NCBI GenBank assembly: GCA_964016885.1
Contig: OZ024742.1
Location: 184,946,001 to 185,010,000 of the forward strand
Source of the DNA: Eledone cirrhosa
Lineage: Eukaryota
Reading direction: 5' to 3'
DNA: 64,000 nt
How positions within the stretch are numbered: the first letter of the stretch is position 1; each line of letters begins with the position of its first letter. The notes beneath the pieces are model-generated. The model was not told where the DNA came from, searched no databases, and saw nothing but the letters and a program-made list of their open reading frames with translations. Shown piece after piece: positions 11,701-23,400 of the stretch. Position numbers and translations under genes: made by a program.

Positions 11701-14700
11701 TTGGGGTTAAGTTAAGTTGGGGTTAAGATAAGTTGGGGTTAAGTTAAGTTGGGGTTGAGTTAAGTTGGGGTTGAGTTAATTTGGGGTTAAGTTAAGTTGG
11801 GGTTAACTTAAGTTGGGGTTCAGTTAAGTTGGCGTTCAGTTAAGTTGCGGTGAAGTTAAGTTGGGGTTAACTTAAGTCGGGGTTAAGTTAAGTTGGGGTT
11901 AAGTTAAGTTGGGGTGAAGTTAAGTTGGGGTTAAGTTAAGTTGGGGTTATGTTAAGTTGGCGTTCAGTTAAGTTGCGGTGAAGTTAAGTTGGGGTTAACT
12001 TAAGTCGGGGTTAAGTTAAGTTGGGGTTAAGTTAAGTTGGGGTCAAGTTAAGTTGGGGTTAAGTTAAGTTGGGGTTATGTTAAGTTGGGGTTAAGTTAAG
12101 TTGGGGTTAAGTTAAGTCGGGGTTAAGTTAAGTTGGGGTTAAGTTAATTGGGGGTAAGTTAAGTTTGGGTTAAGTTGGGGTTAAGTTAAGTTAGGGTTAA
12201 GTTACGTTGGGGTTGAGTTAAGTTGGGGTTAATTTAAATTGGGGTTAAGTTAACTTTGTGGTTAAGTTAAGTTGGGGTTAAGTTAAGTTGAGGTTAAGTT
12301 AATTTGAGGTTAATTTAAGTTGGGGTTAAGTTAAGTTGGGGTTAAATTAAGCTGGGTTGAAGTTAAGTTGGGGTTAAGTTAAGTTGGGGTTAAGTTAAGT
12401 TGGGGTCAAGTTAAGTTGGGGTTAAGTTAAGTTAGGGTTAAGTTAAGCTTGGGTTAAATTAAGTTGGGGTTGAGTTAATTTGGGGTTGAGTTAAGTTGGG
12501 GTTGAGTTAAGTTGGGGTTGAGTTAAGTTGGGGTTAAGTTAAGTTGGGGTTAACTTAAGTTGGGGTTAAGTTAAGTTGGGGTCAATTTAAGTTGAGGTTA
12601 AGTTAACTTGGGATTAAGTTAAGTTGGGGTTAACTTAAATTGAGGTTAAGTTAAGTTGGGGTTAAGTTAAGTTGGGGGTAAGTTAAGTTGGGGGTAAGTT
12701 AAGTTTGGGTTAAGTTGGGGTTAAGTTAAGTTAGGGTTAAGTTACGTTGGGGTTGAGTTAAGTTGGGGTTAATTTAAATTGGGGTTAAGTTAACTTTGTG
12801 GTTAAGTTAAGTTGGGGTTAAGTTAAGTTGAGGTTAAGTTAAGTTGGGGTTGAGTTAAGTTGGGGTTAAGTTAAGTTGGGTTTAAGTTAAGTTGGGGTTA
12901 AGTTAAGTTGGGGTTAAGTTAAGTTGGGGTTAAATTAAGCTGGGTTGAAGTTAAGTTGGGGTTAAGTTAAGTTGGGGTTAAGTTAAGTTGGGGTTGAGTT
13001 AAGTTGGGGTTAAGTTAAGTTGGGTTTAAGTTAAGTTGGGGTTAAGTTAAGTTGGGGTTAAGTTAAGGTGGGGTTAAGTTAAGTTGGGGTTAAGTTAAGT
13101 CGGGGTTAAGTTAAGTTGGGGTTAAGTTAAGTTGGGGTTAAATTAAGTTGGGGTTAAGTTAAGTTGGGGTTAAGATAAGTTGGGGTTAAGTTAAGTTGGG
13201 GTTGAGTTAAGTTGGGGTTGAGTTAATTTGGGGTTAAGTTAAGTTGGGGTTAACTTAAGTTGGGGTTAAGTTAAGTTGGCGTTCAGTTAAGTTGCGGTTA
13301 AGTTAAGTTGGGGTTAACTTAAGTCGGGGTTAAGTTAAGTTGGGGTTAAGTTAAGTTGGGGTCAGGTTAAGTTGGGGTTAAGTTAAGTTGGGGTTAAGTT
13401 AAGTTGGGGTTAAGTTAAGTCGGGGTTAAGTTAAGTTGGGGTTAAGTTAAGTTGGGGTTAAGTTAAGTTGGGGTCAAGTTAAGTTGGGGTTAAGTTAAGT
13501 TGGGGTTAAGTTAAGTTGGGGTTAAGTTAAGTCGCGGTTAGTTAAGTTGGGGTTAAGTTAAGATGGGGTTAAGTTAAGTTGTGGTTAAGTTAAGTTAGGG
13601 TTAACTTAAGTTGCGGTTGAGTTAAGTTGGCGCTAAGTTAAGTGAAGGTTAAGTTAAGTTGGGGTTGAGTTAACTTGGGGTTAAGTTAACTTGGGGTTAA
13701 GTTAAGTTGGGGTTAAGTTAAGTTGGGGTTAAGTTAAGTTGGGGTTAAGATAAGTTGGGGTTAATTTAAGTTGGGGTTGAGTTAAGTTGGGGTTGAGTTA
13801 AGTTGGGGTTGAGTTAAGTTGGGGTTACTTTAAGTTGGGGTTAAGTTAAGTTGGGGTTAAGTTAAGTTTAGGTTAACTTAAGTTGGGGTTAAGTTAAGTT
13901 GGGGTTAAGTTAAGTTGGGGCTAAGTTAAGTTGGGGCTAAGTTAAGTTGGGGCTAAGTTAAGTTGGGGTTAAGTTAAGGTGGGGTTTAGTTAAGTTGGGG
14001 TTGAGTTAAGTTGGGGTTGAGTTAAGTTGGGGTTAAGTTAAGTTGGGGTTAAGTTAAGTTAGGGTTAACTTAAGTTGGGGTTAAGTTAAGTTGGGGTTGA
14101 GTTAAGTTGGGGTTTAATTAAGTTGGGGTTGAGTTAAGTTGGGGTTGAGTTAAGTTGGGCTTGAGTTAAGTTGGGGTTGAGTTAAGTTGGGCTTATCTTA
14201 AGTTGGGGTTAATTTAAGATGGGGTTAAGTTAAGTTGGGGTTAAGTTAATTTGGGGTTAAGTTAAGTTGGGGTTAAGTTAAGTTGGGGTTATGTTAAGTT
14301 GGGGTTAAGTTAAGTTGAGGTTAACTTAAGTTGGGGTTAAGTTAAGTTGGGGTTAAGTTAAGTTGGGGCTAAGTTAAGTTGGGGCTAAGTTAAGTTGGGG
14401 TTAAGTTAAGTTGGGGTTAAGTTAAGTTGGGGTCAACGTAAGTTGGGGTTAAGTTAAGTTGGGGTTAAGTTAATTTGGGGGTAAGTTAAGTTGGGGTTAA
14501 TTTAAGTTGGGGTTAAGTTAAGTTGGGGTTAAGTTAAGTTGGGGCTGAGTTAAGTTGGGGCTGTGTTAAGTTGGGGTTAAGTTAAGTTGAGGTTAAGTTG
14601 GGGTTAAATTAAGTTGGGGTTAATTTAAGTTGGGGTTAAGTTAAGTTGGGTTTAGGTTAAGTTGGGGTTGAGTTAAGTTGGGGTTAAGTTAAGTTGGGGT

Positions 14701-17700
14701 TAATTTAAGTTGGGGTTAAGTTAAGTTGGGGCTGAGTTAAGTTGGGGTTAAGTTAAGTTGGGGTTGAGTTAAGTTGGGGTTAAGTTAAGTTGGGGTTAAG
14801 TTAAGTCGGGGTTAAGTTAAGTTGGGGTTAAGTTAAGTTGGGGTTAAGTTAAGTTGGGTTTAAGATAAGTTGGGGTTAAGTTAAGTTGGGGTTGAGTTAA
14901 GTTGGGGTTGAGTTAATTTGGGGTTAAGTTAAGTTGGGGTTAACTTAAGTTGGGGTTCAGTTAAGTTGGCGTTCAGTTAAGTTGCGGTGAAGTTAAGTTG
15001 GGGTTAACTTAAGTCGGGGTTAAGTTAAGTTGGGGTCAAGTTAAGTTGGGGTTAAGTTAAGTTGGGGTTATGTTAAGTTGGGGTTAAGTTAAGTTGGGGT
15101 TAAGTTAAGTCGGGGTTAAGTTAAGTTGGGGTTAAGTTAATTGGGGTTAAGTTAAGTTGGGGTCAAGTTAAGTTGGGGTTAAGTTAAGTTAGGGTTAAGT
15201 TAAGCTTGGGTTAAATTAAGTTGGGGTTGAGTTAATTTGGGGTTGAGTTAAGTTGGGGTTGAGTTAAGTTGGGGTTAAGTTAAGTTGGGGTTAACTTTTG
15301 TTGGGGTTAAGTTAAGTTGGGGTCAATTTAAGTTGAGGTTAAGTTAACTTGGGATTAAGTTAAGTTGGGGTTAACTTAAATTGAGGTTAAGTTAAGTTGG
15401 GGTTAAGTTAAGTTGGGGGTAAGTTAAGTTGGGGGTAAGTTAAGTTTGGGTTAAGTTGGGGTTAAGTTAAGTTAGGGTTAAGTTACGTTGGGGTTGAGTT
15501 AAGTTGGGGTTAATTTAAATTGGGGTTAAGTTAACTTTGTGGTTAAGTTAAGTTGGGGTTAAGTTAAGTTGAGGTTAAGTTAATTTGAGGTTAAGTTAAG
15601 TTGGGGTTAAGTTAAGTTGGGGTTAAATTAAGCTGGGTTGAAGTTAAGTTGGGGTTAAGTTAGTTGGGGTTAAGTTAAGTTGGGGTTGAGTTAAGTTGGG
15701 GTTAAGTTAAGTTGGGTTTAAGTTAAGTTGGGGTTAAGTTAAGTTGGGGTTAAGTTAAGGTGGGGTTAAGTTAAGTTGGGGTTAAGTTAAGTCGGGGTTA
15801 AGTTAAGTTGGGGTTAAGTTAAGTTGGGGTTAAATTAAGTTGGGGTTAAGTTAAGTTGGGGTTAAGATAAGTTGGGGTTAAGTTAAGTTGGGGTTGAGTT
15901 AAGTTGGGGTTGAGTTAATTTGGGGTTAAGTTAAGTTGGGGTTAACTTAAGTTGGGGTTAAGTTAAGTTGGCGTTCAGTTAAGTTGCGGTTAAGTTAAGT
16001 TGGGGTTAACTTAAGTCGGGGTTAAGTTAAGTTGGGGTTAAGTTAAGTTGGGGTCAAGTTAAGTTGGGGTTAAGTTAAGTTGGGGTTAAGTTAAGTTGGG
16101 GTTAAGTTAAGTCGGGGTTAAGTTAAGTTGGGGTTAAGTTAAGTTGGGGTTAAGTTAAGTTGGGGTTGAGTTAAGTTAGGGTTGAGTTAATTGGGGTTAA
16201 GTTAAGTTGGGGCTAAGTTAAGTTGGGGCTAAGTTAAGTTGGGGCTAAGTTAAGTTGGGGTTAAGTTAAGGTGGGGTTTAGTTAAGTTGGGGTTGAGTTA
16301 AGTTGGGGTTGAGTTAAGTTGGGGTTAAGTTAAGTTGGGGTTAAGTTAAGTTAGGGTTAACTTAATTGGGGTTAAGTTAAGTTTAGGTTAACTTAAGTTG
16401 GGGTTAAGTTAAGTTGGGGTTAAGTTAAGTTGGGGCTAAGTTAAGTTGGGGCTAAGTTAAGTTGGGGCTAAGTTAAGTTGGGGTTAAGTTAAGGTGGGGT
16501 TTAGTTAAGTTGGGGTTGAGTTAAGTTGGGGTTGAGTTAAGTTAGGGTTAAGTTAAGTTGGGGTTAAGTTAAGTTAGGGTTAACTTAAGTTGGGGTTAAG
16601 TTAAGTTGGGGTTGAGTTAAGTTGGGGTTTAATTAAGTTGGGGTTGAGTTAAGTTGGGGTTGAGTTAAGTTGGGCTTGAGTTAAGTTGGGGTTGAGTTAA
16701 GTTGGGCTTATCTTAAGTTGGGGTTAATTTAAGATGGGGTTAAGTTAAGTTGGGGTTAAGTTAATTTGGGGTTAAGTTAAGTTGGGGTTAAGTTAAGTTG
16801 GGGTTATGTTAAGTTGGGGTTAAGTTAAGTTGAGGTTAACTTAAGTTGGGGTTAAGTTAAGTTGGGGTTAAGTTAAGTTGGGGCTAAGTTAAGTTGGGGC
16901 TAAGTTAAGTTGGGGTTAAGTTAAGTTGGGGTTAAGTTAAGTTGGGGTCAACTTAAGTTGGGGCTAAATTAAGTTGGGGTTAAGTTAAGTTGGGGCTAAG
17001 TTAAGTTGGAGTTAAGTTAAGTTGGGGTTAAATTAAGTTGGGGTCAACGTAAGTTGGGGTTAAGTTAAGTTGGGGTTAAGTTAATTTGGGGGTAAGTTAA
17101 GTTGGGGTTAAGTTAAGTTGGGGTTAAGTTAAGTTGGGGTTAAGTTAAGTTGGGGCTGAGTTAAATTGGGGCTGTGTTAAGTTGGGGTTAAGTTAAGTTG
17201 GGGTTAAGTTAAGTTGGGGTTAAGTTAAGTTGGGGTTAAGTTGGGGTTAAATTAAGTTGGGGTTAATTTAAGTTGGGGTTAAGTTAAGTTGGGTTTAGGT
17301 TAAGTTGGGGTTGAGTTAAGTTGGGGTTAAGTTAAGTTGGGGTTAATTTAAGTTGGGGTTAAGTTAAGTTGGGGCTGAGTTAAGTTGGGGTTAAGTTAAG
17401 TTGGGGTTAAGTTAAGTTGGGGTTAAGTTAAGTTGGGGTTAAGTTAAGTTGGGGTTAAGATAAGTTGGGGTTAAGTTAAGTTGGGGTTGAGTTAAGTTGG
17501 GGTTGAGTTAATTTGGGGTTAAGTTAAGTTGGGGTTAACTTAAGTTGGGGTTCAGTTAAGTTGGCGTTCAGTTAAGTTGCGGTGAAGTTAAGTTGGGGTT
17601 AACTTAAGTCGGGGTTAAGTTAAGTTGGGGTTAAGTTAAGTTGGGGTGAAGTTAAGTTGGGGTTAAGTTAAGTTGGGGTTATGTTAAGTTGGCGTTCAGT

Positions 17701-20460
17701 TAAGTTGCGGTGAAGTTAAGTTGGGGTTAACTTAAGTCGGGGTTAAGTTAAGTTGGGGTTAAGTTAAGTTGGGGTCAAGTTAAGTTGGGGTTAAGTTAAG
17801 TTGGGGTTATGTTAAGTTGGGGTTAAGTTAAGTTGGGGTTAAGTTAAGTCGGGGTTAAGTTAAGTTTGGGTTAAGTTAATTGGGGGTAAGTTAAGTTTGG
17901 GTTAAGTTGGGGTTAAGTTAAGTTAGGGTTAAGTTACGTTGGGGTTGAGTTAAGTTGGGGTTAATTTAAATTGGGGTTAAGTTAACTTTGTGGTTAAGTT
18001 AAGTTGGGGTTAAGTTAAGTTGAGGTTAAGTTAATTTGAGGTTAAGTTAAGTTGGGGTTAAGTTAAGTTGGGGTTAAATTAAGCTGGGTTGAAGTTAAGT
18101 TGGGGTTAAGTTAAGTTGGGGTTAAGTTAAGTTGGGGTCAAGTTAAGTTGGGGTTAAGTTAAGTTAGGGTTAAGTTAAGCTTGGGTTAAATTAAGTTGGG
18201 GTTGAGTTAATTTGGGGTTGAGTTAAGTTGGGGTTGAGTTAAGTTGGGGTTGAGTTAAGTTGGGGTTAAGTTAAGTTGGGGTTAACTTAAGTTGGGGTTA
18301 AGTTAAGTTGGGGTCAATTTAAGTTGAGGTTAAGTTAACTTGGGATTAAGTTAAGTTGGGGTTAACTTAAATTGAGGTTAAGTTAAGTTGGGGTTAAGTT
18401 AAGTTGGGGGTAAGTTAAGTTGGGGGTAAGTTAAGTTTGGGTTAAGTTGGGGTTAAGTTAAGTTAGGGTTAAGTTACGTTGGGGTTGAGTTAAGTTGGGG
18501 TTAATTTAAATTGGGGTTAAGTTAACTTTGTGGTTAAGTTAAGTTGGGGTTAAGTTAAGTTGAGGTTAAGTTAATTTGAGGTTAAGTTAAGTTGGGGTTA
18601 AGTTAAGTTGGGGTTAAATTAAGCTGGGTTGAAGTTAAGTTGGGGTTAAGTTAAGTTGGGGTTAAGTTAAGTTGGGGTTGAGTTAAGTTGGGGTTAAGTT
18701 AAGTTGGGTTTAAGTTAAGTTGGGGTTAAGTTAAGTTGGGGTTAAGTTAAGGTGGGGTTAAGTTAAGTTGGGGTTAAGTTAAGTCGGGGTTAAGTTAAGT
18801 TGGGGTTAAGTTAAGTTGGGGTTAAATTAAGTTGGGGTTAAGTTAAGTTGGGGTTAAGATAAGTTGGGGTTAAGTTAAGTTGGGGTTGAGTTAAGTTGGG
18901 GTTGAGTTAATTTGGGGTTAAGTTAAGTTGGGGTTAACTTAAGTTGGGGTTAAGTTAAGTTGGCGTTCAGTTAAGTTGCGGTTAAGTTAAGTTGGGGTTA
19001 ACTTAAGTCGGGGTTAAGTTAAGTTGGGGTTAAGTTAAGTTGGGGTCAGGTTAAGTTGGGGTTAAGTTAAGTTGGGGTTAAGTTAAGTTGGGGTTAAGTT
19101 AAGTCGGGGTTAAGTTAAGTTGGGGTTAAGTTAAGTTGGGGTTAAGTTAAGTTGGGGTCAAGTTAAGTTGGGGTTAAGTTAAGTTGGGGTTAAGTTAAGT
19201 TGGGGTTAAGTTAAGTCGCGGTTAGTTAAGTTGGGGTTAAGTTAAGATGGGGTTAAGTTAAGTTGTGGTTAAGTTAAGTTGGGGTTAAGATAAGTTGGGG
19301 TTAACTTAAGTTGCGGTTGAGTTAAGTTAGGGTTGAGTTAATTGGGGTTAAGTTAAGTTGGGGCTAAGTTAAGTTGGGGCTAAGTTAAGTTGGGGCTAAG
19401 TTAAGTTGGGGTTAAGTTAAGGTGGGGTTTAGTTAAGTTGGGGTTGAGTTAAGTTGGGGTTGAGTTAAGTTGGGGTTAAGTTAAGTTGGGGTTAAGTTAA
19501 GTTAGGGTTAACTTAAGTTGGGGTTAAGTTAAGTTTAGGTTAACTTAAGTTGGGGTTAAGTTAAGTTGGGGTTAAGTTAAGTTGGGGCTAAGTTAAGTTG
19601 GGGCTAAGTTAAGTTGGGGCTAAGTTAAGTTGGGGTTAAGTTAAGGTGGGGTTTAGTTAAGTTGGGGTTGAGTTAAGTTGGGGTTGAGTTAAGTTAGGGT
19701 TAAGTTAAGTTGGGGTTAAGTTAAGTTAGGGTTAACTTAAGTTGGGGTTAAGTTAAGTTGGGGTTGAGTTAAGTTGGGGTTTAATTAAGTTGGGGTTGAG
19801 TTAAGTTGGGGTTGAGTTAAGTTGGGCTTGAGTTAAGTTGGGGTTGAGTTAAGTTGGGCTTATCTTAAGTTGGGGTTAATTTAAGATGGGGTTAAGTTAA
19901 GTTGGGGTTAAGTTAATTTGGGGTTAAGTTAAGTTGGGGTTAAGTTAAGTTGGGGTTATGTTAAGTGGGGGTTAAGTTAAGTTGAGGTTAACTTAAGTTG
20001 GGGTTAAGTTAAGTTGGGGTTAAGTTAAGTTGGGGCTAAGTTAAGTTGGGGCTAAGTTAAGTTGGGGTTAAGTTAAGTTGGGGTTAAGTTAAGTTGGGGT
20101 CAACTTAAGTTGGGGCTAAGTTAAGTTGGGGTTAAGTTAAGTTGGGGCTAAGTTAAGTTGGAGTTAAGTTAAGTTGGGGTTAAATTAAGTTGGGGTCAAC
20201 GTAAGTTGGGGTTAAGTTAAGTTGGGGTTAAGTTAATTTGGGGGTAAGTTAAGTTGGGGTTAAGTTAAGTTAAGTTGGGGTTAAGTTAAGTTGGGGCTGA
20301 GTTAAATTGGGGCTGTGTTAAGTTGGGGTTAAGTTAAGTTGGGGTTAAGTTAAGTTGGGGTTAAGTTAAGTTGGGGTTAAGTTGGGGTTAAATTAAGTTG
20401 GGGTTAATTTAAGTTGGGGTTAAGTTAAGTTGGGTTTAGGTTAAGTTGGGGTTGAGTTAA
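5780..20460 (+). repeat. Higher-order repeat domain with ~5.5-5.9-kb units (two long units, a shorter third and the start of a fourth)
   Basis: The unit-start marker gtcaacgtaag...ctgagttaaattggggctgtg is at ~5785, 11313, 17045 and 20197. The private variant cttttgttgggg was seen only at ~9401 and ~15292 (offset 5891). A 15-mer ttaagttagttgggg is at ~9764 and ~15655. Confidence 0.8.
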
Positions 20461-20470
20461 GTTGGGGTTA

Positions 20471-23400
20471 AGTTAAGTTGGCGTTAATTTAAGTTGGGGT
20501 TAAGTTAAGTTGGGGCTGAGTTAAGTTGGGGTTAAGTTAAGTTGGGGTTGAGTTAAGTTGGGGTTAAGTTAAGTTGGGGTTAAGTTAAGTCGGGGTTAAG
20601 TTAAGTTGGGGTTAAGTTAAGTTGGGGTTAAGTTAAGTTGGGGTTAAGTTAAGTTGGGGTTAAGTTAAGTTGGGGTTAAGATAAGTTGGGGTTAAGTTAA
20701 GTTGGGGTTGAGTTAAGTTGGGGTTGAGTTAATTTGGGGTTAAGTTAAGTTGGGGTTAAGTTAAGTTGGGGTTAAGTTAAGTTGGGGTTAAGTTAAGTTG
20801 GGGTTAAGATAAGTTGGGGTTAAGTTAAGTTGGGGTTGAGTTAAGTTGGGGTTGAGTTAAGTTGGGGTTAAGTTAAGTTGGGGTTAATTTAAGTTGGGGT
20901 TAAGTTAAGTTGGGGCTGAGTTAAGTTGGGGTTAAGTTAAGTTGGGGTTGAGTTAAGTTGGGGTTAAGTTAAGTTGGGGTTAAGTTAAGTCGGGGTTACG
21001 TTAAGTTGGGGTTAAGTTAAGTTGGGGTTAAGTTAAGTTGGGGTTAAGTTAAGTTGGGGTTAACTTAAGTCGGGGTTAAGTTAAGTTGGGGTTAAGTTAA
21101 GTTGGGGTGAAGTTAAGTTGGGGTTAAGTTGGGGTTATGTTAAGTTGGGGTTAAGTTAAGTTGGGGTTAAGTTAAGTTGGGGTTAAGTTAAGTTGGGGTC
21201 AAGTTAAGTTGGGGTTAAGTTAAGTTGGGGTTAAGTTAAGTCGCGGTTAAGTTAAGTTGGGGTTAAGTTAAGATGGGGTTAAGTTAAGTTGGGGTTAAGT
21301 TAAGTTGGGGTTAAGATAAGTTGGGGTTAAGTTAAGTTGGGGTTGAGTTAAGTTGGGGTTGAGTTAATTGGGGTTAAGTTAAGTTGGGGTTAACTTAAGT
21401 TGGGTTTAAGTTAAGTTGGGGTTAAGTTAAGTTGGGGTTAAATTAAGTTGGGGTTAAGATAAGTTGGGGTTAAGTTAAGTCGGGGTTAAGTTAAGTCGGG
21501 GTTAAGTTAAGTTGGGGTTAAGTTAACTCGGTGTTAAGTTAAGTTGGGGCTCAGTTAAGTTGGGGTTGAGTTAAGTTGGGGTCAATTTAAGTTGGGACTA
21601 AGCTAAGTTGGGGTTAAGTTAAGTTGGGGTTAAGTTAAGTTGGCGCTAAGTTTAGTGAAGGTTAAGTTAAGTTGGGGTTGAGTTAAGTTTGGGTTAAGTT
21701 AAGTTGGGGTTAAGTTAAGTTAGGGTTAAGTTAAGCTTGGGTTAAGTTAAGTTGGGGTTGAGTTAATTTGGGGTTGAGTTAAGTTGGGGTTGAGTTAAGT
21801 TGGGGTTGAGTTAAGTTGGGGTTAAGTTAAGTTGGGGTTAAGTTAAGTTGGGGTTAAGTTAAGTTGGGGTCAATTTAAGTTGAGGTTAAGTTAACTTGGG
21901 ATTAAGTTAAGTTGGGGTTAACTTAAATTGAGGTTAAGTTAAGTTGGGGTTAAGTTAAGTTGGGGGTAAGTTAAGTTGGGGGTAAGTTAAGTTTGGGTTA
22001 AGTTGGGGTTAAGTTAAGTTAGGGTTAAGTTACGTTGGGGTTGAGTTAAGTTGGGGTTAATTTAAATTGGGGTTAAGTTAACTTTGTGGTTCAGTTAAGT
22101 TGGGGTTAAGTTAAGTTGGGGCTTATTTAAGTTGGGGTTAAGTTAAGTTGTGGTTAAGTTAAGTTGGGGTTAAGTTAAGTTGGGGTTAAGTTAAGTTGGG
22201 GTTAAATTAAGCTGGGTTGAAGTTAAGTTGGGGTTAAGTTATGTTGGGGTTAAGTTAAGTTGGGGTTAAGTTAAGTTGGGGTTAAGTTAAGTCGGGGTTA
22301 AGTTAATTTGGGGTTCAGTTAAGTTGGGGTTAAGTTAAGTTGGGGCTTATTTAAGTTGGGGTTAAGTTAAGTTGTGGTTAAGTTAAGTTGGGGTTAAGTT
22401 AAGTCGGGGTTAAGTTAAGTCGGGGTTAAGTTAAGTTGTGGTTAAGTTAAGTTGGGGTTAAGTTAAGTTGGGGTTAAGTTAAGTTAGGGATAAGCTAAGT
22501 TGGCGTTAAGTTAAGTTGGGGTTAAGTTAAGTTGGGGTTAAGTTAAGTTGTGGTTAAGTTAAGTTGGGGCTGAGTTAAGTTGGGGTCAAGTTAAGTTGGG
22601 GTTGAGTTAAGTTGGGGTTAAGTTAACTTGGGGTTAATTTAAGTTGGGGTTAAGTCAAATTGGGTTTGAGTTAAGTTAGGGTTACGTTAAGTTGGGGTTA
22701 AGTTAAGTTGGGGTTAAGTTAAGTAGGGGTTAAGTTAAGTTGGGGTTAAATTAAGCTGGGTTTAAGTTAAGTTGGGGTTAAGTTAAGTTGGGGTTAAGTT
22801 AAGTTGGGGTTAAGTTAAGTTGAGGTTAAGTTAAGTTGGGGTTAAATTCAGTTGGGGTTAACTTAAGTTGGGGTTAAGTTAAGTTGGGGTTAAGTTAAGT
22901 TGAGTTTAAGTTAAGTTGGAGTTAATTTAAGTTGAGGTTAAGTTAAGTTGTGGTAAAGTTAAGTTGGGGTTAAGTTAATTTGGGGTTAAGTTAAGTTGGG
23001 GTTCAGTTAAGTTGGGGTTAAGTTAAGTAGGGGTTCAGTTGGGGTTAAATTAAGTTGGGGTTAAGTTAAGTTGGGGTTAAGTTAAGTTGGGGTTAAGTTA
23101 AGTTGGGGTTAAGTTAAGTTGGGGTTAAGTTAAGTTGGGGTTGAGTTAAGTTGGGGTTAAGTTAAGTCGGGGTTAAGTTAAGTTGGGGTTAAGTTAAGTT
23201 GGGGTTAAGTTAAGTTGGGGTTAAGTTAAGTTGGGGTTGAGTTAAGTTGGGGTTAAGTTAAGTTGGGTTTAAGTTAAGTTGGGGTTAAGTTAAGTTGGGG
23301 TTAAGTTAAGGTGGGGTTAAGTTAAGTTGGGGTTAAGTTAAGTCGGGGTTAAGTTAAGTTGGGGTTAAGTTAAGTTGGGGTTAAGTTAAGTTGGGGTTAA

